Positions 39,490 to 50,121 of a stretch of DNA of 64,000 bases are shown here, piece by piece. Both the position numbers and the translations under genes were made by a program. Under the pieces are notes generated by a model. The model was not told where the DNA came from and did no database searches. It saw nothing but the letters and a program-made list of their open reading frames with translations. The number at the start of each line of letters is the position of its first letter. Position 1 is the stretch's first letter. The stretch is from an uncultured Verrucomicrobiae bacterium. GTDB taxonomy: Bacteria > Verrucomicrobiota > Verrucomicrobiia > Chthoniobacterales > UBA10450. The stretch spans positions 1,536,001 to 1,600,000 of the forward strand of contig CAVTMK010000002.1 in NCBI GenBank assembly GCA_963735805.1. Reading direction: 5' to 3'.

Positions 39490-39592
39490 AATAGCCGGAA
39501 GGTAGCGGGCCGGCCGTGTCAGCGCAATTCCTTAGCGTCTTGTTGGTTTGCGCGGACCGCAAAGCTGCGATACAAGATGGGCAACTGAAAGA

Positions 39593-40087
39593 ATGAGACG
39601 TGTCACTCGCTTCTTGCTCGCAGGCATTCTCCTGCTTGGCGCGGCGTTTTTCGTCGGTTGCGAAACGGTTCCGCAGGGCATTCAGCAAGCCAGACTTGAT
39701 ATGGCGCAGAACATCGCAGCCGAACCGACTGGCGATTATTTCATCGGGCGACGCTATTACAAACCCGATTACAAATTCTGGGGCTACGTGCGACGTCCGG
39801 GTCAACCCTGGAGCACGGCAGAATTAGTGATGTTGAATGAGAAGCAGAAGCTTGCTCCGGACCGCGAGCATCTCGATTTCGGAAGCGACAACAACTACGA
39901 ATACAAGCTCTACGGTTACTTTAGTGGTGACAAAGTTTATGAACCTGCGAGCAATTCAATTTATCCCGAGTTCGTTTTGAAAGGGTACCAACTGATATCC
40001 ACGAACCCGCCGCCAATTTTCAAAAGCCAATTCCGTGGACACGCCACCGCGGAAGATCTCCGTTACGTAGTAGAAAAACCGGAGTGA
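39593..40087 (+). CDS. Hypothetical lipoprotein
   Basis: Signal peptide with lipobox-like FVGC; co-oriented with xerC. Confidence 0.8.
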   Translation: MRRVTRFLLAGILLLGAAFFVGCETVPQGIQQARLDMAQNIAAEPTGDYFIGRRYYKPDYKFWGYVRRPGQPWSTAELVMLNEKQKLAPDREHLDFGSDNNYEYKLYGYFSGDKVYEPASNSIYPEFVLKGYQLISTNPPPIFKSQFRGHATAEDLRYVVEKPE

Positions 40088-40099
40088 TCCTTTCCTTGT

Positions 40100-40196
40100 T
40101 GTCATTCCGAGCGAAGTCGAGGAATTTCTCATTGTCGCTTTCGGCAGGCGGAACATTTAAACAGCTGGAGATGTCTAGACTCAGCTCGACATGACA
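40100..40196. repeat. TGTCAT palindromic element overlapping the xerC start
   Basis: TGTCATTCCGAGCGAAGTCGAGGAATTTCTC...GAGATGTCTAGACTCAGCTCGACATGACA. Confidence 0.85.
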
Positions 40197-41099
40197 GAAG
40201 GCGCCCACACCTCCGATAAGAAGGATCCTCTAGTCGAAGAATTCCTGCGCTATCTGGCAAACGAGCGAAACGCTTCGCCGCGCACCTTGAAGGCATATCG
40301 CCACGCGTTGACTGCTTTCCGCGCAGAAACCGATACGCCATGGAAAAAATGCAGAGCGGACGATTTTCGCGATTACTTGTTTGCTATTTCGAAGCGCGGA
40401 CAGGCGCGTTCGTACGTACGATTGCAGTTCTCTGCGTTGCGCACGTTTTATCAGTTTCTGGCAGCCCGCAAGGGACTGCGCGGTAATCCTGTCCAGGAGG
40501 TACAATTACCGAAAATCGAGAAGAAACTTCCATTGGTCCTCACGCGCCAGCAGGTTGAAGAACTTCTAGCTGCCCCGACACGCGAGAGTAAAAGCAAATC
40601 TGCCCCAGCCTGGATGCCTCTGCGCGATGTCGCGATTATGGAATTGTTCTACAGCAGCGGATTGCGGTTGAGCGAACTGGCTGCGCTCAATGTGGCCGAA
40701 GTAGATCCTTACACGGAATCGGTCCGCGTATTTGGCAAGGGTCGCAAGGAGCGGGTGTGCCCTGTCGGTTTGCCCGCATTGGAAGCGATTTCCCGTTATC
40801 GCGCTGCGGGCAACGTGCATTCGGGACCGTTGTTCATCAACAAGGGGCTAAGGCGAATATCCTCGCGTTCGATCTGGCTGGTCTTAAAGCGCTATGTGCG
40901 GCATACATCAATTCCCATTTCGATCAGCCCGCACAAACTACGGCACAGTTTCGCAACCCATATGCTCGACCGTGGCGCCGATCTACGCAGCGTTCAGGCA
41001 TTACTCGGGCACGCCAGCCTTTCCACCACGCAAATCTACACTCACGTGACAACCGAACGGTTGAAGAAAGCCTATGCGGATGCTCATCCGCGGGCATGA
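40191..41099 (+). CDS. xerC: Tyrosine recombinase, XerC/XerD type
   Basis: SAM-like N-domain, LFYSSGLRLSEL, GKGRKER, HKLRHSFATHML, LLGH...TTQIYTH, AHPRA. Confidence 0.9.
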   Translation: MTEGAHTSDKKDPLVEEFLRYLANERNASPRTLKAYRHALTAFRAETDTPWKKCRADDFRDYLFAISKRGQARSYVRLQFSALRTFYQFLAARKGLRGNPVQEVQLPKIEKKLPLVLTRQQVEELLAAPTRESKSKSAPAWMPLRDVAIMELFYSSGLRLSELAALNVAEVDPYTESVRVFGKGRKERVCPVGLPALEAISRYRAAGNVHSGPLFINKGLRRISSRSIWLVLKRYVRHTSIPISISPHKLRHSFATHMLDRGADLRSVQALLGHASLSTTQIYTHVTTERLKKAYADAHPRA

Positions 41100-41138
41100 T
41101 TTGAAGGTGCTCGATCGAGTCGGCGAGCTGAAAAATTT

Positions 41139-43616
41139 CTAGCTTGCCGGAGAGGCGGCGGCGCTATTTTGAGCCTGCGGCTCGGCAACGTGAAAGCTGA
41201 GCTTTCCGTCAGTAGCCGTCACTTCGACGTGGTCTCCCGCCTTCACGTTCCCGCGGAGCAATTCCTCCGCCAGCGGATCTTCGAGATAACGTTCCACGGC
41301 ACGCCGCATCGGCCGCGCTCCATACTGAGGATCGTAGCCTTTCTCGATCAGAAATTCTTTCGCGCTTTGTTTTAAGTCAATATGGACGTCCTTGGCTTTG
41401 ATCCGTATGAGAACTTTGTTCACCTCCAGCTCAACGATGCGCAACAACTCCGGTTTACCAAGCGAGTGGAAGACAATGATTTCATCCAGGCGGTTAAGAA
41501 ATTCGGGTTTAAAAACGCGTTTGCTTTCGTCGAGAATTTTGTCGCGCATCGAATCATAATCATGCCCTTCCATCGGTGCGCCAAAGCCCATCACTGTCTG
41601 TTTCTTCAGCAAGTCGGCTCCGACGTTGGAAGTCATGATGATAATCGTGTTGCGGAAATCGATCTTGCGCCCTAACGAGTCGGTGATTTTGCCGTCCTCG
41701 AGAATTTGCAAAAGGAGGTGCATCACGTCGGGATGCGCCTTTTCGATTTCGTCAAACAGGACAACCGAATACGGCCGGCGACGTACCGCTTCGGAAAGTT
41801 GTCCACCCTCCTCGTATCCGACATATCCGGGCGGCGACCCAATCAGACGCGAAGCAGTGAATTTTTCCATGTACTCCGACATGTCGATCTGAATTAACGC
41901 GTCGGAATCACCGAACATGAATTCAGCGAGCGTCCGGGCAAGATAAGTTTTGCCGACACCAGTAGGGCCAAGAAAAACAAATGAACCGATCGGCCGTCTT
42001 GGATCTTTCAAATCCGCGCGGGAGCGCCGCAAAGCCTTGCTGATCGCGGTAACCGCTTCGTCCTGGCCAATGACGCGTTGCTTCATCTCAGCCTCCATCA
42101 TCAGCAGCTTTTGTGTTTCCTCCTGCTCCATGCGCTGCAGAGGCACGCCCGTCACTTTCGAGATGATGTGCATCATGTCGTCGGCCGTCACCACCACCTC
42201 TTTCTCTTCCCGTTCCTCGCGCCATTTATTCAGAATGCCATCGAGTTTCTCCTTGGTTTGCTTCTCTTTATCCCGGAGCGATGCCGCCTTCTCAAAATCC
42301 TGCGCCTTGATCGCCCCTTCCTTTTCCACGCGAATTTCTTCTATTTCCTTCTCGATGTCCTTTACATCCGGCGGCCGCGTCATGGAATTGATGCGCGCGC
42401 GCGCACCTGCTTCGTCCATAACGTCGATGGCCTTGTCGGGAAGAAATCGTCCGGTGATATAACGATCGGAGAACCTAACAGCTGTCTCCAGCGCTTCATC
42501 GGTGAGTTTCGCTTTGTGATGCGCTTCATACTTCGGACGCAGACCCTTCAGGATCTGAATAGCTTCGTCGACTGTCGGTGCATCTACCTTTATCGTCTGG
42601 AAGCGGCGTTCGAGAGCCGCGTCCTTCTCGATGTACTTGCGGTATTCGTTCATCGTAGTCGCGCCAACGCATTGCAATTCACCGCGGCTAAGTGCGGGCT
42701 TGATAATGTTCGAGGCGTCCATGGCGCCTTCGGCAGAACCAGCTCCGACGATTGTGTGCAGCTCATCGATAAAAAGGATGACGTTCTTAGAACGGCGGAT
42801 CTCATCCATCACCGCTTTGATTCGCTCTTCGAACTGACCGCGGTATTTTGTGCCGGCTACCATTAACGCCAGATCAAGGGTGATTACGCGTCTGTCGCGC
42901 AGCAATTCAGGCACGTTGCCGCTGGCAATCTCCTGGGCCAGCCCTTCAGCAATAGCCGTTTTGCCAACACCCGCTTCGCCGATCAGAACAGGATTGTTCT
43001 TCGTCCTTCGGCAAAGCACTTGAATGACCCGCTCAATTTCATTTCGCCGGCCAATCACCGGATCGAGTTCGCCTTTCTTTGCCAAATCAGTCAGGTCGCG
43101 GCCAAATGCGCGAAGGGCGGGCGTCTTGACGTCTTTCTTCGTCGGTTCACCGCTTTCCTGCTCCGACTCGGAAGGGGTGAAGTTCGGATCGAGTTCCTTG
43201 AGGATCTCGTTTCGCGTGCGTTCGATGTCCAGCTCAAGACTCTTGAGTACTCTTGCGGCAACCCCCTCGCCTTCTCTTAAAAGTCCAAGCAAAATATGTT
43301 CGGTGCCGACATAGGAATGGTTGAGCGCCTTGGCTTCCTTACCCGCAAGCGCCAGCACTTTTTTGACGCGAGGAGTGTAGGGAACGTTCCCGACCATCTT
43401 GGTTTCCGGTCCGGAACCCACCTGTTTCTCCACCTCCATGCGCACAGTCTCAAGATCGAGACCCATTTTCTGAAGGACGTTAACGGCTACTCCCTGGCCT
43501 AGTTTGATAAGCCCTAGGAGCAGATGCTCGGTGCCGACGTAGTTGTGATTAAACCGATCGGCTTCCTTGCGAGCAAGCGCCAGAACCTGTTGAGCCCGGG
43601 GTGTGAAATTATTCAT
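41139..43616 (-). CDS. clpC: ATP-dependent Clp protease ATP-binding subunit ClpC
   Basis: Two Clp-N repeats, [11 protein letters not shown] coil, GPTGVGKT; start overlaps the mcsB stop. Confidence 0.96.
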   Translation of the reverse strand: MNNFTPRAQQVLALARKEADRFNHNYVGTEHLLLGLIKLGQGVAVNVLQKMGLDLETVRMEVEKQVGSGPETKMVGNVPYTPRVKKVLALAGKEAKALNHSYVGTEHILLGLLREGEGVAARVLKSLELDIERTRNEILKELDPNFTPSESEQESGEPTKKDVKTPALRAFGRDLTDLAKKGELDPVIGRRNEIERVIQVLCRRTKNNPVLIGEAGVGKTAIAEGLAQEIASGNVPELLRDRRVITLDLALMVAGTKYRGQFEERIKAVMDEIRRSKNVILFIDELHTIVGAGSAEGAMDASNIIKPALSRGELQCVGATTMNEYRKYIEKDAALERRFQTIKVDAPTVDEAIQILKGLRPKYEAHHKAKLTDEALETAVRFSDRYITGRFLPDKAIDVMDEAGARARINSMTRPPDVKDIEKEIEEIRVEKEGAIKAQDFEKAASLRDKEKQTKEKLDGILNKWREEREEKEVVVTADDMMHIISKVTGVPLQRMEQEETQKLLMMEAEMKQRVIGQDEAVTAISKALRRSRADLKDPRRPIGSFVFLGPTGVGKTYLARTLAEFMFGDSDALIQIDMSEYMEKFTASRLIGSPPGYVGYEEGGQLSEAVRRRPYSVVLFDEIEKAHPDVMHLLLQILEDGKITDSLGRKIDFRNTIIIMTSNVGADLLKKQTVMGFGAPMEGHDYDSMRDKILDESKRVFKPEFLNRLDEIIVFHSLGKPELLRIVELEVNKVLIRIKAKDVHIDLKQSAKEFLIEKGYDPQYGARPMRRAVERYLEDPLAEELLRGNVKAGDHVEVTATDGKLSFHVAEPQAQNSAAASPAS

Positions 43617-44733
43617 CGTTCGATGGGAGGACAATCGAGTCTCCGCCTGATTGCCTCGCCATCTTACTAATATCAGGTTTAGGAAAGAGTTTCAAACGCT
43701 CGCGAATAATTTGCGCGCGCAAATGGTCGCGTTCTTCAGCGTTCAGTTTTTGTTGAGAGCTTTTCTGTAAATGCGCCGGCTGCGTTTCAATGAACAATTC
43801 ATCGATTTGCAGACGTCGATCTTCCGGAAACGCGCCCAAGTCCGTCCCGAGTTTGATGATCGAAAGCAGGTTGAGTGCTTCCTTTGAAGCCATTGCGTGC
43901 GCGTACGTCAAAACGCCGTACGCGCGGCCGATCTGATCCAAGAGCGTATTTGGTTTTTTCTGAAGCAACAACTCGCGGGCGTTGTGTTCCTTTTCGATGA
44001 TTGTTTCGATTACCTTGCTGAGACGATTGATGATCTCCTCTTCCTTTTCACCGAGCGTGGTCTGATTTGAAATTTGGAAAAGATTGCCCATGGCCTCCGT
44101 TCCCTCGCCATAAAGACCACGCACCGCGAGTCCGATTTTGCTCACGGCTTGAATGACTTGGTTAATCAGCTCACTCAGAACAAGCCCTGGCAGATGCAAC
44201 ATCGCGGAAGCCCGCATTCCGGTACCGACGTTGGTAGGACATGCGGTCAGGTATCCGAGCCGGGCATCGAAAGCGAAGTCCAGTTTGCTTTCGAGCGCGG
44301 TATCAATTTTATCAACAAGCTTAAATGCCTGTTTCAATTGCAGACCGGAACGAATCGATTGCATCCGCAAATGATCTTCCTCGTTAATCATGATGCTAAG
44401 GGTTTGTCGCCGATTCACGACAACAGCGCTGCCGGCGCCCTTGGCGGCATGCTCGCGACTGATAAGGTGACGCTCCACCAGCACCTGCCTGTCCAGTGCC
44501 GACAGATCCTGCAAGCTCTCCGCAAACGCTTCCTGCATTTCCGGAAGCGCTTCCACACGCGACCTGATCAACTCCAGGATCGAACCGCGTTCCGCCTTCT
44601 TCGCCCAACCCGGAAAAGGACGGTTGCGCAAGTTGCGAGCGAGCCGCACACGGCTGCTGATTACAATTTGGTGATGAGGTCCCTCACCGCGCAACCATTC
44701 GCCCGCAGTGGTCAGGACGTTGGAAAGTTTCAT
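43609..44733 (-). CDS. mcsB: Protein arginine kinase
   Basis: ISSRVRLARN, INEEDHLR, YLTACPTNVGTGMRAS. Confidence 0.95.
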   Translation of the reverse strand: MKLSNVLTTAGEWLRGEGPHHQIVISSRVRLARNLRNRPFPGWAKKAERGSILELIRSRVEALPEMQEAFAESLQDLSALDRQVLVERHLISREHAAKGAGSAVVVNRRQTLSIMINEEDHLRMQSIRSGLQLKQAFKLVDKIDTALESKLDFAFDARLGYLTACPTNVGTGMRASAMLHLPGLVLSELINQVIQAVSKIGLAVRGLYGEGTEAMGNLFQISNQTTLGEKEEEIINRLSKVIETIIEKEHNARELLLQKKPNTLLDQIGRAYGVLTYAHAMASKEALNLLSIIKLGTDLGAFPEDRRLQIDELFIETQPAHLQKSSQQKLNAEERDHLRAQIIRERLKLFPKPDISKMARQSGGDSIVLPSNDE

Positions 44734-45227
44734 GGCGATTTCGAGAGCTCGTTCTCGAGTTGTTTGATTTGATCCCGCAACGAAGCGGCCGTCTCGTAGT
44801 TTTCGTCCGCAACAGCCTTCTGCAGGTTTTCGGCCAAGGACCGCATCTGATGGTTAAGTGCCACCGCCCGCTGCGCCCGTTCGGGAAATTTTCCGATGTG
44901 TTCAGTGCCTTTGTGCATCGCTTTTAAAAGGGAACCAAGACCATCCCCGAAGGTGGCATAACACTCGCTGCAGCCGAGGCGTCCGGTTTTTTTGAAGTCA
45001 GCCTGACTAAACCCGCACACTGCGCATTTCTGTGTAGATCCACCTTTTTCAATTTCTTCCGCTGCTCCGATGCCAAGCAGCAAATCCGCGAGCGCGAAGC
45101 CGGTGGGATCTTGGACCCCCTTCTCTTTCGAGCATGCATCGCAGAGATTCACCTTTTGCATTTTGCCTTCCAGAATTTGCGTCAGGAAGACCGTCGCATC
45201 ATTACATTTGCAAACGTCGCACAACAT
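44730..45227 (-). CDS. mcsA: McsA zinc-binding/UVR-domain activator
   Basis: Four CxxC motifs, GRLGC..CY, ENYETAASLRDQIK. Confidence 0.93.
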   Translation of the reverse strand: MLCDVCKCNDATVFLTQILEGKMQKVNLCDACSKEKGVQDPTGFALADLLLGIGAAEEIEKGGSTQKCAVCGFSQADFKKTGRLGCSECYATFGDGLGSLLKAMHKGTEHIGKFPERAQRAVALNHQMRSLAENLQKAVADENYETAASLRDQIKQLENELSKSP

Positions 45228-45316
45228 CTTTCTTAATTAGACTTTGCTAGTTTGGAAACATTCAACCCCGATATTTCCGCGACGTTTTCTGCGTCAGAGC
45301 CGGACGTGGTCAATTT

Positions 45317-46306
45317 TTAGGCGAAAATTGGGGTACCGGTTTCGCGGGTTACCTCGCGGAAGCGCGCGATGATCCGCGCAGTAATGGGACCTGGTTTTCC
45401 GTTACCGATCGAACGTCCATCGGCTCTTACAACGGGGACAATCTCTGCAGCAGTGCCCGTAAGAAAGCATTCGTCGGCCACGAAAACGTCATGGCGTGTG
45501 ATGTCAGCTTCCAGAACCTTGATGCCGAGTTCGGCCGCAATTTCAAAGACCAGCGAACGCGTAATCCCTCGCAACGCTCCGGCTGTGACTGGCGGCGTAC
45601 TGATTTGACCGTGTTTCACGATGAACACGTTGTCAGCTGTACATTCGGCAACATTGCCCGCGTCATTCAGCATGAGTGCTTCGTCCGCGCCTGCCAAATT
45701 TGCCTCGATCCGCGCCATCACATTATTCAAATAATTAAGGGATTTGACCGCCGGATTGAGCGCAGCCGGGTTACTGCGCCGCGTAGCGCAGGTCACGATC
45801 GTTAATCCTTTCCGATAAAAATCTTCGTGATAAAGGGCAATCGTTGCCGCAATGATAATCACGCTTGGAGATTTACATTGCGTTGGATTCAAACCTAAAT
45901 TTCCAATCCCGCGCGTGACCAGCAGCCGAATATACCCGTCGCGCAAGTGATTTTGCCGAATCGTCTCGAGCACGGCTTCAGTCATGGCTCGCATCGTCAT
46001 GGGAACTTCCAGGCAGATCGACCGCGCCGAATCCCACAGCCTATGAAGATGTTCTTCCAGTCGGAAGACGCGGCCATTGTAAAAGCGAATTCCTTCGAAA
46101 ACTCCGTCGCCATAAAGCAATCCATGATCGAACACGGATATTTTCGCGTTGGCTTCCGAGTAAAATTTTCCGTCGATGTAAATCTTCGCGTCCTTCACAC
46201 CCGTTGTCCGACGCGGTCGACTTTCGACTGCGGGTTCGATTACAGCCTCGGGACCAAGCTTATGAACTTTGGGTTCGTCTAACACCGGCGCATCAGTGGT
46301 TTTCAT
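45317..46306 (-). CDS. ilvE: Branched-chain amino acid aminotransferase
   Basis: DHGLLYGDGVFEGIR, KSLNYLNN, L.GITR, FLTGTAAE. Confidence 0.95.
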   Translation of the reverse strand: MKTTDAPVLDEPKVHKLGPEAVIEPAVESRPRRTTGVKDAKIYIDGKFYSEANAKISVFDHGLLYGDGVFEGIRFYNGRVFRLEEHLHRLWDSARSICLEVPMTMRAMTEAVLETIRQNHLRDGYIRLLVTRGIGNLGLNPTQCKSPSVIIIAATIALYHEDFYRKGLTIVTCATRRSNPAALNPAVKSLNYLNNVMARIEANLAGADEALMLNDAGNVAECTADNVFIVKHGQISTPPVTAGALRGITRSLVFEIAAELGIKVLEADITRHDVFVADECFLTGTAAEIVPVVRADGRSIGNGKPGPITARIIARFREVTRETGTPIFA

Positions 46307-46365
46307 AGTGGTACGAAAATGTCCAACGCTTAAGCGGGCAATTCAAGTTGCAAAAATGAAAAGCT

Positions 46366-47037
46366 CTACTGCAACACGCCGTCCTTGATGTGCAGTTGAC
46401 GGTCACCCCGTGCTGCAAGGCGAGCATCGTGTGTCACCACGAGCAGTGTCATTTTCCGCGAACGCGTCAGATTCAGTAACAGATCCATAATGGCATCCCC
46501 GGTTTTCGAATCGAGATTTCCAGTTGGTTCATCAGCAAAGATGATTTCGGGATCATTCGTTAACGCCCGAGCGATCGCCACGCGCTGTTGTTCTCCTCCT
46601 GAGAGTTCCGCTGGCAGATGATGCACACGGGCAGCCAAACCAACGGCCGCCAGACTTTCGGCGGCGCGCTGTTCGGAGGATTTTCCACCGATCATCCCCG
46701 GCAGCGAGACGTTCTCCAGCGCAGTCAGCTCTGGCAGCAAAAAATATCCCTGAAATATGAAACCCATTTTCCGATTTCGAAAACGCGCCTGAGACGCGGA
46801 GGTGCCATTATAAAGATTTCGTCCTTCAAATTCGACCGTCCCTGATTGGGGACGCTCCAACCCTGCGAGAGTGTACAGAAGCGTGGTCTTGCCTGCACCC
46901 GAAGCGCCGGAAAGAAAGACCGCTTCGTTGCGAGCAACATTCAAGGAGATACCGCGCAAGACCTCGATCCGGCGAGCGCCCATTCGGAATGACTGGAAAA
47001 GATCGCGCGCCACCAATTGCGGAGTTGCCGTGTCCAT
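46366..47037 (-). CDS. LolD-like ABC ATPase
   Basis: GASGAGKTT, LSGGEQQRVAIARAL, ADEPTGNLD. Confidence 0.9.
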   Translation of the reverse strand: MDTATPQLVARDLFQSFRMGARRIEVLRGISLNVARNEAVFLSGASGAGKTTLLYTLAGLERPQSGTVEFEGRNLYNGTSASQARFRNRKMGFIFQGYFLLPELTALENVSLPGMIGGKSSEQRAAESLAAVGLAARVHHLPAELSGGEQQRVAIARALTNDPEIIFADEPTGNLDSKTGDAIMDLLLNLTRSRKMTLLVVTHDARLAARGDRQLHIKDGVLQ

Positions 47038-47109
47038 CGACGAAGTTTGTCCTCTTATCTGCCGCAAACGCAACGCGAATACAAGAGCGTCTCGCTGGTA
47101 TGTACGCCA

Positions 47110-47142
47110 GAAAGCCGCCGTTGAGGTAATCGACGGCGGCTT
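47110..47142 (-). terminator. Intrinsic terminator
   Basis: AAGCCGCCGT...ACGGCGGCTT stem downstream of 47162..48181. Confidence 0.7.
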
Positions 47143-47161
47143 CCCAGTTAATAAAAATCTG

Positions 47162-48181
47162 TCACGTCATTCCCAACGAACTCAATGTTGGCTGATCAAT
47201 CGCTGAGGTCGCATATAAGCCATGATCGGCTTGGTAAGCTGCAATCGCCTGCCGTGTAAGTGGCCCGAGCAGGCCGTCTACTTCGCCTTGATAATATCCT
47301 TGCTCTTGTAGTGCGGCCTGGACGTTGGCGACTACCTGATCGGGCGGCAAGCTGTTATAGGCATAGATCGGGCCATCATAAGCGTAATACGAATTGGGAG
47401 CGTAGCCCCACGCTGGGTACCACCAGCCGGAATTCCAGTAATACCATCCGCCATATACGAAAACGACGCGGTTGTAATGATTCCGCCACCAACCTCTGTC
47501 ATGCCACACCGGTCTGTAATTCCGGAAGGCCCAATAGTTCTTGCCCTGCCAATGCTGACTTCCCTGGATCTGTCGGTTTTGCTGAAACTTCACAGCAGTG
47601 TATTTCGTCGAGCGCGTATTCGAAGCCAGATTGAAGTGTTGCGCGTTGTATTTTTTACCGTTCGATTGAAACGCAGCGGCAGAAGCTTTGTTGTTCTTCC
47701 ACTGTTGGGTCTTCTTGGCATTGGCTCCAGCGTTCGTATATTGTGCCTTCTTCGCGTTCTGCGCGGCGATTTGCCGAGAACCGGCACTGGACTTTTTCAC
47801 ATTCGCCCCAGACTGAGACACCTGCCTGTTTACGGTTTGTTGGCCTTGTTTTGTCTTCTTGGTCGTATATCGCGCGGCTTGGTTACTCTGTGTAGCGACT
47901 TCGTGGGGACTCTTTTTCGTCGTTTTTATATTCGATCTCGACTGATAAACCTGATTATTGACGCCCTGGCGCCCTTTTGTTGACTGATAGGATGTTGGCT
48001 TGGTGGCAGGCTGATAGTGCTTGGGCGCTACCTTTTTCGGAGCGGCCGCAGGACGTGCGTGCTGCGTCGACTGAGGCGGCCTGCTCTTCTGCGCTTGTTT
48101 TTTTGATTTGTTGTCATTTTGCGCAGCGCCTGCGGAACAAGCCAGCGCGAGGCTGCAAGCTAAAATTAGAAATGTTCTCAT
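47162..48181 (-). CDS. Secreted low-complexity protein with C-terminal peptidoglycan-binding domain
   Basis: Signal peptide, K/Q-rich region, W/Y-rich block, VQAALQEQGYY.G.VDG.LGP.TR.AI..YQ..HGL. Confidence 0.88.
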   Translation of the reverse strand: MRTFLILACSLALACSAGAAQNDNKSKKQAQKSRPPQSTQHARPAAAPKKVAPKHYQPATKPTSYQSTKGRQGVNNQVYQSRSNIKTTKKSPHEVATQSNQAARYTTKKTKQGQQTVNRQVSQSGANVKKSSAGSRQIAAQNAKKAQYTNAGANAKKTQQWKNNKASAAAFQSNGKKYNAQHFNLASNTRSTKYTAVKFQQNRQIQGSQHWQGKNYWAFRNYRPVWHDRGWWRNHYNRVVFVYGGWYYWNSGWWYPAWGYAPNSYYAYDGPIYAYNSLPPDQVVANVQAALQEQGYYQGEVDGLLGPLTRQAIAAYQADHGLYATSAIDQPTLSSLGMT

Positions 48182-48507
48182 AGTTTTCTTTTCTGACTGG
48201 TTAGATGTTTACGCTTTATATTTTATTCAATGTCGGAGGGAATGCTTTAGTTGCGCAATGTGGCACAAAAGCCAAGAATTCCATTGCATGCACCGATGCC
48301 GCTAAACTAGCTTCTGTTTCTCTTCTGCACCGCCCGCGACCGATGCGACGGCAATACGCAAATCAAAACCAACAACGTTCTCATAAACTTTTTCTTTCAG
48401 CCTTTTTGGACATTCCCAAGGATCACCTATTCAACGTCGCAGCGTCATTTTCTGGATGTCTCTTTGCGAGTTCGGAGCCATCTTGACGTTCGTCATGCGC
48501 ATACAAC

Positions 48508-48542
48508 AAAAAAGGCCGCACAGTAGTCGCTATGCAGCCTTT
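48508..48542 (-). terminator. Intrinsic terminator
   Basis: AAAAAAGGCCGCA...TGCAGCCTTT downstream of 48561..49553. Confidence 0.6.
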
Positions 48543-48560
48543 GACAGAGCGAGTTCTTCC

Positions 48561-49553
48561 TTATGCTACACCCAACGTTTGCAAGGTTGGTTGATCAACC
48601 GCCGAGGTAACCTCTAGCCCATTGTCGGCCTGAAACGCTGCCAATGCGGCCCGCGTTTGCGGCCCCATATCACCGTCGACCGCTCCGCCGTAATAGCCTT
48701 GGTCTCGCAATGCGACCTGGACATTTACAACGACTTGGTCGGGCGTCAGATTCGCATAACCGGTGTAAATAGGTCCGTCATATGGATACCATGCATACGG
48801 GTCATAGCCCCATGCTGGATACCAGTATCCAGTATTCCAGTACCACCACCCGCCCAGCACAAACACGATGCGCGAATGGTGATCTCTCCACCAGCCACGA
48901 TCATGCCACGTCCGGTTGTAATTGTGGAACGCAGCATATCTCGCATTGTTGAAACGAGCACTTCGCCAGTTATTAGTGACGCGGACATTTCCTGCCCGAT
49001 TATGCAACACGTTACGCGCCAGAATAAGATTTCTCTCCCGATTCACCGCCAGATTTCTGCGAGCGGCGTTTCTGGTGGCCTGAGTTACGCGCGCGTTCCG
49101 TGCTTGTAGCGTTTCCGCGCGATTGGTTCGCGGAACGTTCGCACGTGCGATATTTCTCTCACGATTTAGCGCCGCCCTGTTGCGCCCTGCAGTCCTCGCC
49201 TCATGATTCGCGACTTGCGAACCGCGCGCTCTCGCTGCGTCGGCTCTGACAGTTCGCCGCGTAGTTGTCCGAGCAACATTTCTCTCGTGCCCAACTGCCG
49301 CTCGGTTGCGGGATACGGTCCTGCGCTCGGCGGCATGCGTGCTAGCTCTCGCTGCACTTACATGGCTACTCCGTGAACTACGATTGACTCGTGCAAACGA
49401 ATGCCCTCCACCGCTTCTGGGTGAAACGACGTGCGCGCTGCGTGCCCCTCCACCTCTCGCTGACGCGTGCCCGCCTTTACCTCTTGGGGCCCCCCACGCC
49501 GTCAGCGCTAGCGCAAGGCTCCCGATGCATGTCAAAAACACAATACGTTTCAT
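48561..49553 (-). CDS. Paralogous secreted low-complexity protein with peptidoglycan-binding domain
   Basis: Signal peptide, R/A-rich region, same W/Y block and PG-binding C-terminus. Confidence 0.88.
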   Translation of the reverse strand: MKRIVFLTCIGSLALALTAWGAPRGKGGHASARGGGARSAHVVSPRSGGGHSFARVNRSSRSSHVSAARASTHAAERRTVSRNRAAVGHERNVARTTTRRTVRADAARARGSQVANHEARTAGRNRAALNRERNIARANVPRTNRAETLQARNARVTQATRNAARRNLAVNRERNLILARNVLHNRAGNVRVTNNWRSARFNNARYAAFHNYNRTWHDRGWWRDHHSRIVFVLGGWWYWNTGYWYPAWGYDPYAWYPYDGPIYTGYANLTPDQVVVNVQVALRDQGYYGGAVDGDMGPQTRAALAAFQADNGLEVTSAVDQPTLQTLGVA

Positions 49554-49620
49554 GATTTCCCTTCTACTTTCCTTTACTGATTAAACTCCGGCCGTACCTG
49601 GCGGGTTGCGATGTTTCTGC

Positions 49621-50070
49621 TCAGCAATTCTGTTGACGAACGGCCTCAAACAACACAATTCCAACAGCCGTAGCGAGATTCAGACTGCGGGTTCGATTCA
49701 TTGGAATGCAAATGCAGCGATCATTATTGGCCGCAAGTAAACTCTCAGCGAGGCCTTTTGTCTCAGAACCAAACACGAGAAAATCGCCGCGGCGAAATTT
49801 TGCGTGGTAGTAAGGGTGCTTGCTCTTTGTTGTCAGGAAGAAATAATTTGCACCCGGTAGCTGGGATTCACGCAAAGTCTCGAACGAATCCCACAGTCTC
49901 AGGCTGACTTCGTTCCAATAATCGAGCCCTGCTCGTTTCAACTGGCGATCGTCGAGCGAAAAACCAAGCGGCTTGATCAAATGCAGCGTCGACTGAGTCG
50001 CGAGACAAAGCCGACCGATGTTGCCAGTGTTTGGCGGAATCTCCGGCCGCACCAGAACAACGTTAAACAT
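49621..50070 (-). CDS. trmL: tRNA (cytidine/uridine34-2'-O)-methyltransferase
   Basis: PEIPPNTGNIGRLC, KRAGLDYW, FGSETKGL, RSLNLA. Confidence 0.95.
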   Translation of the reverse strand: MFNVVLVRPEIPPNTGNIGRLCLATQSTLHLIKPLGFSLDDRQLKRAGLDYWNEVSLRLWDSFETLRESQLPGANYFFLTTKSKHPYYHAKFRRGDFLVFGSETKGLAESLLAANNDRCICIPMNRTRSLNLATAVGIVLFEAVRQQNC

Positions 50071-50121
50071 GCTGCAGCGAAGGTCGTTTTAATCCCGCTC
50101 GCCCGCGACGAGTCGCCGCAA

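Noticed and set aside
40191..41099. Integron integrase or prophage integrase
   Set aside because: Lacks the IntI-specific insertion, has the XerC/D-type AHPRA end, and has no cassette or phage genes adjacent.
41950..44772. Long antisense ORFs opposite clpC and mcsB (likewise opposite sdhA, the MBL gene and pilM)
   Set aside because: Shadow ORFs from codon bias, fully overlapping well-supported genes.
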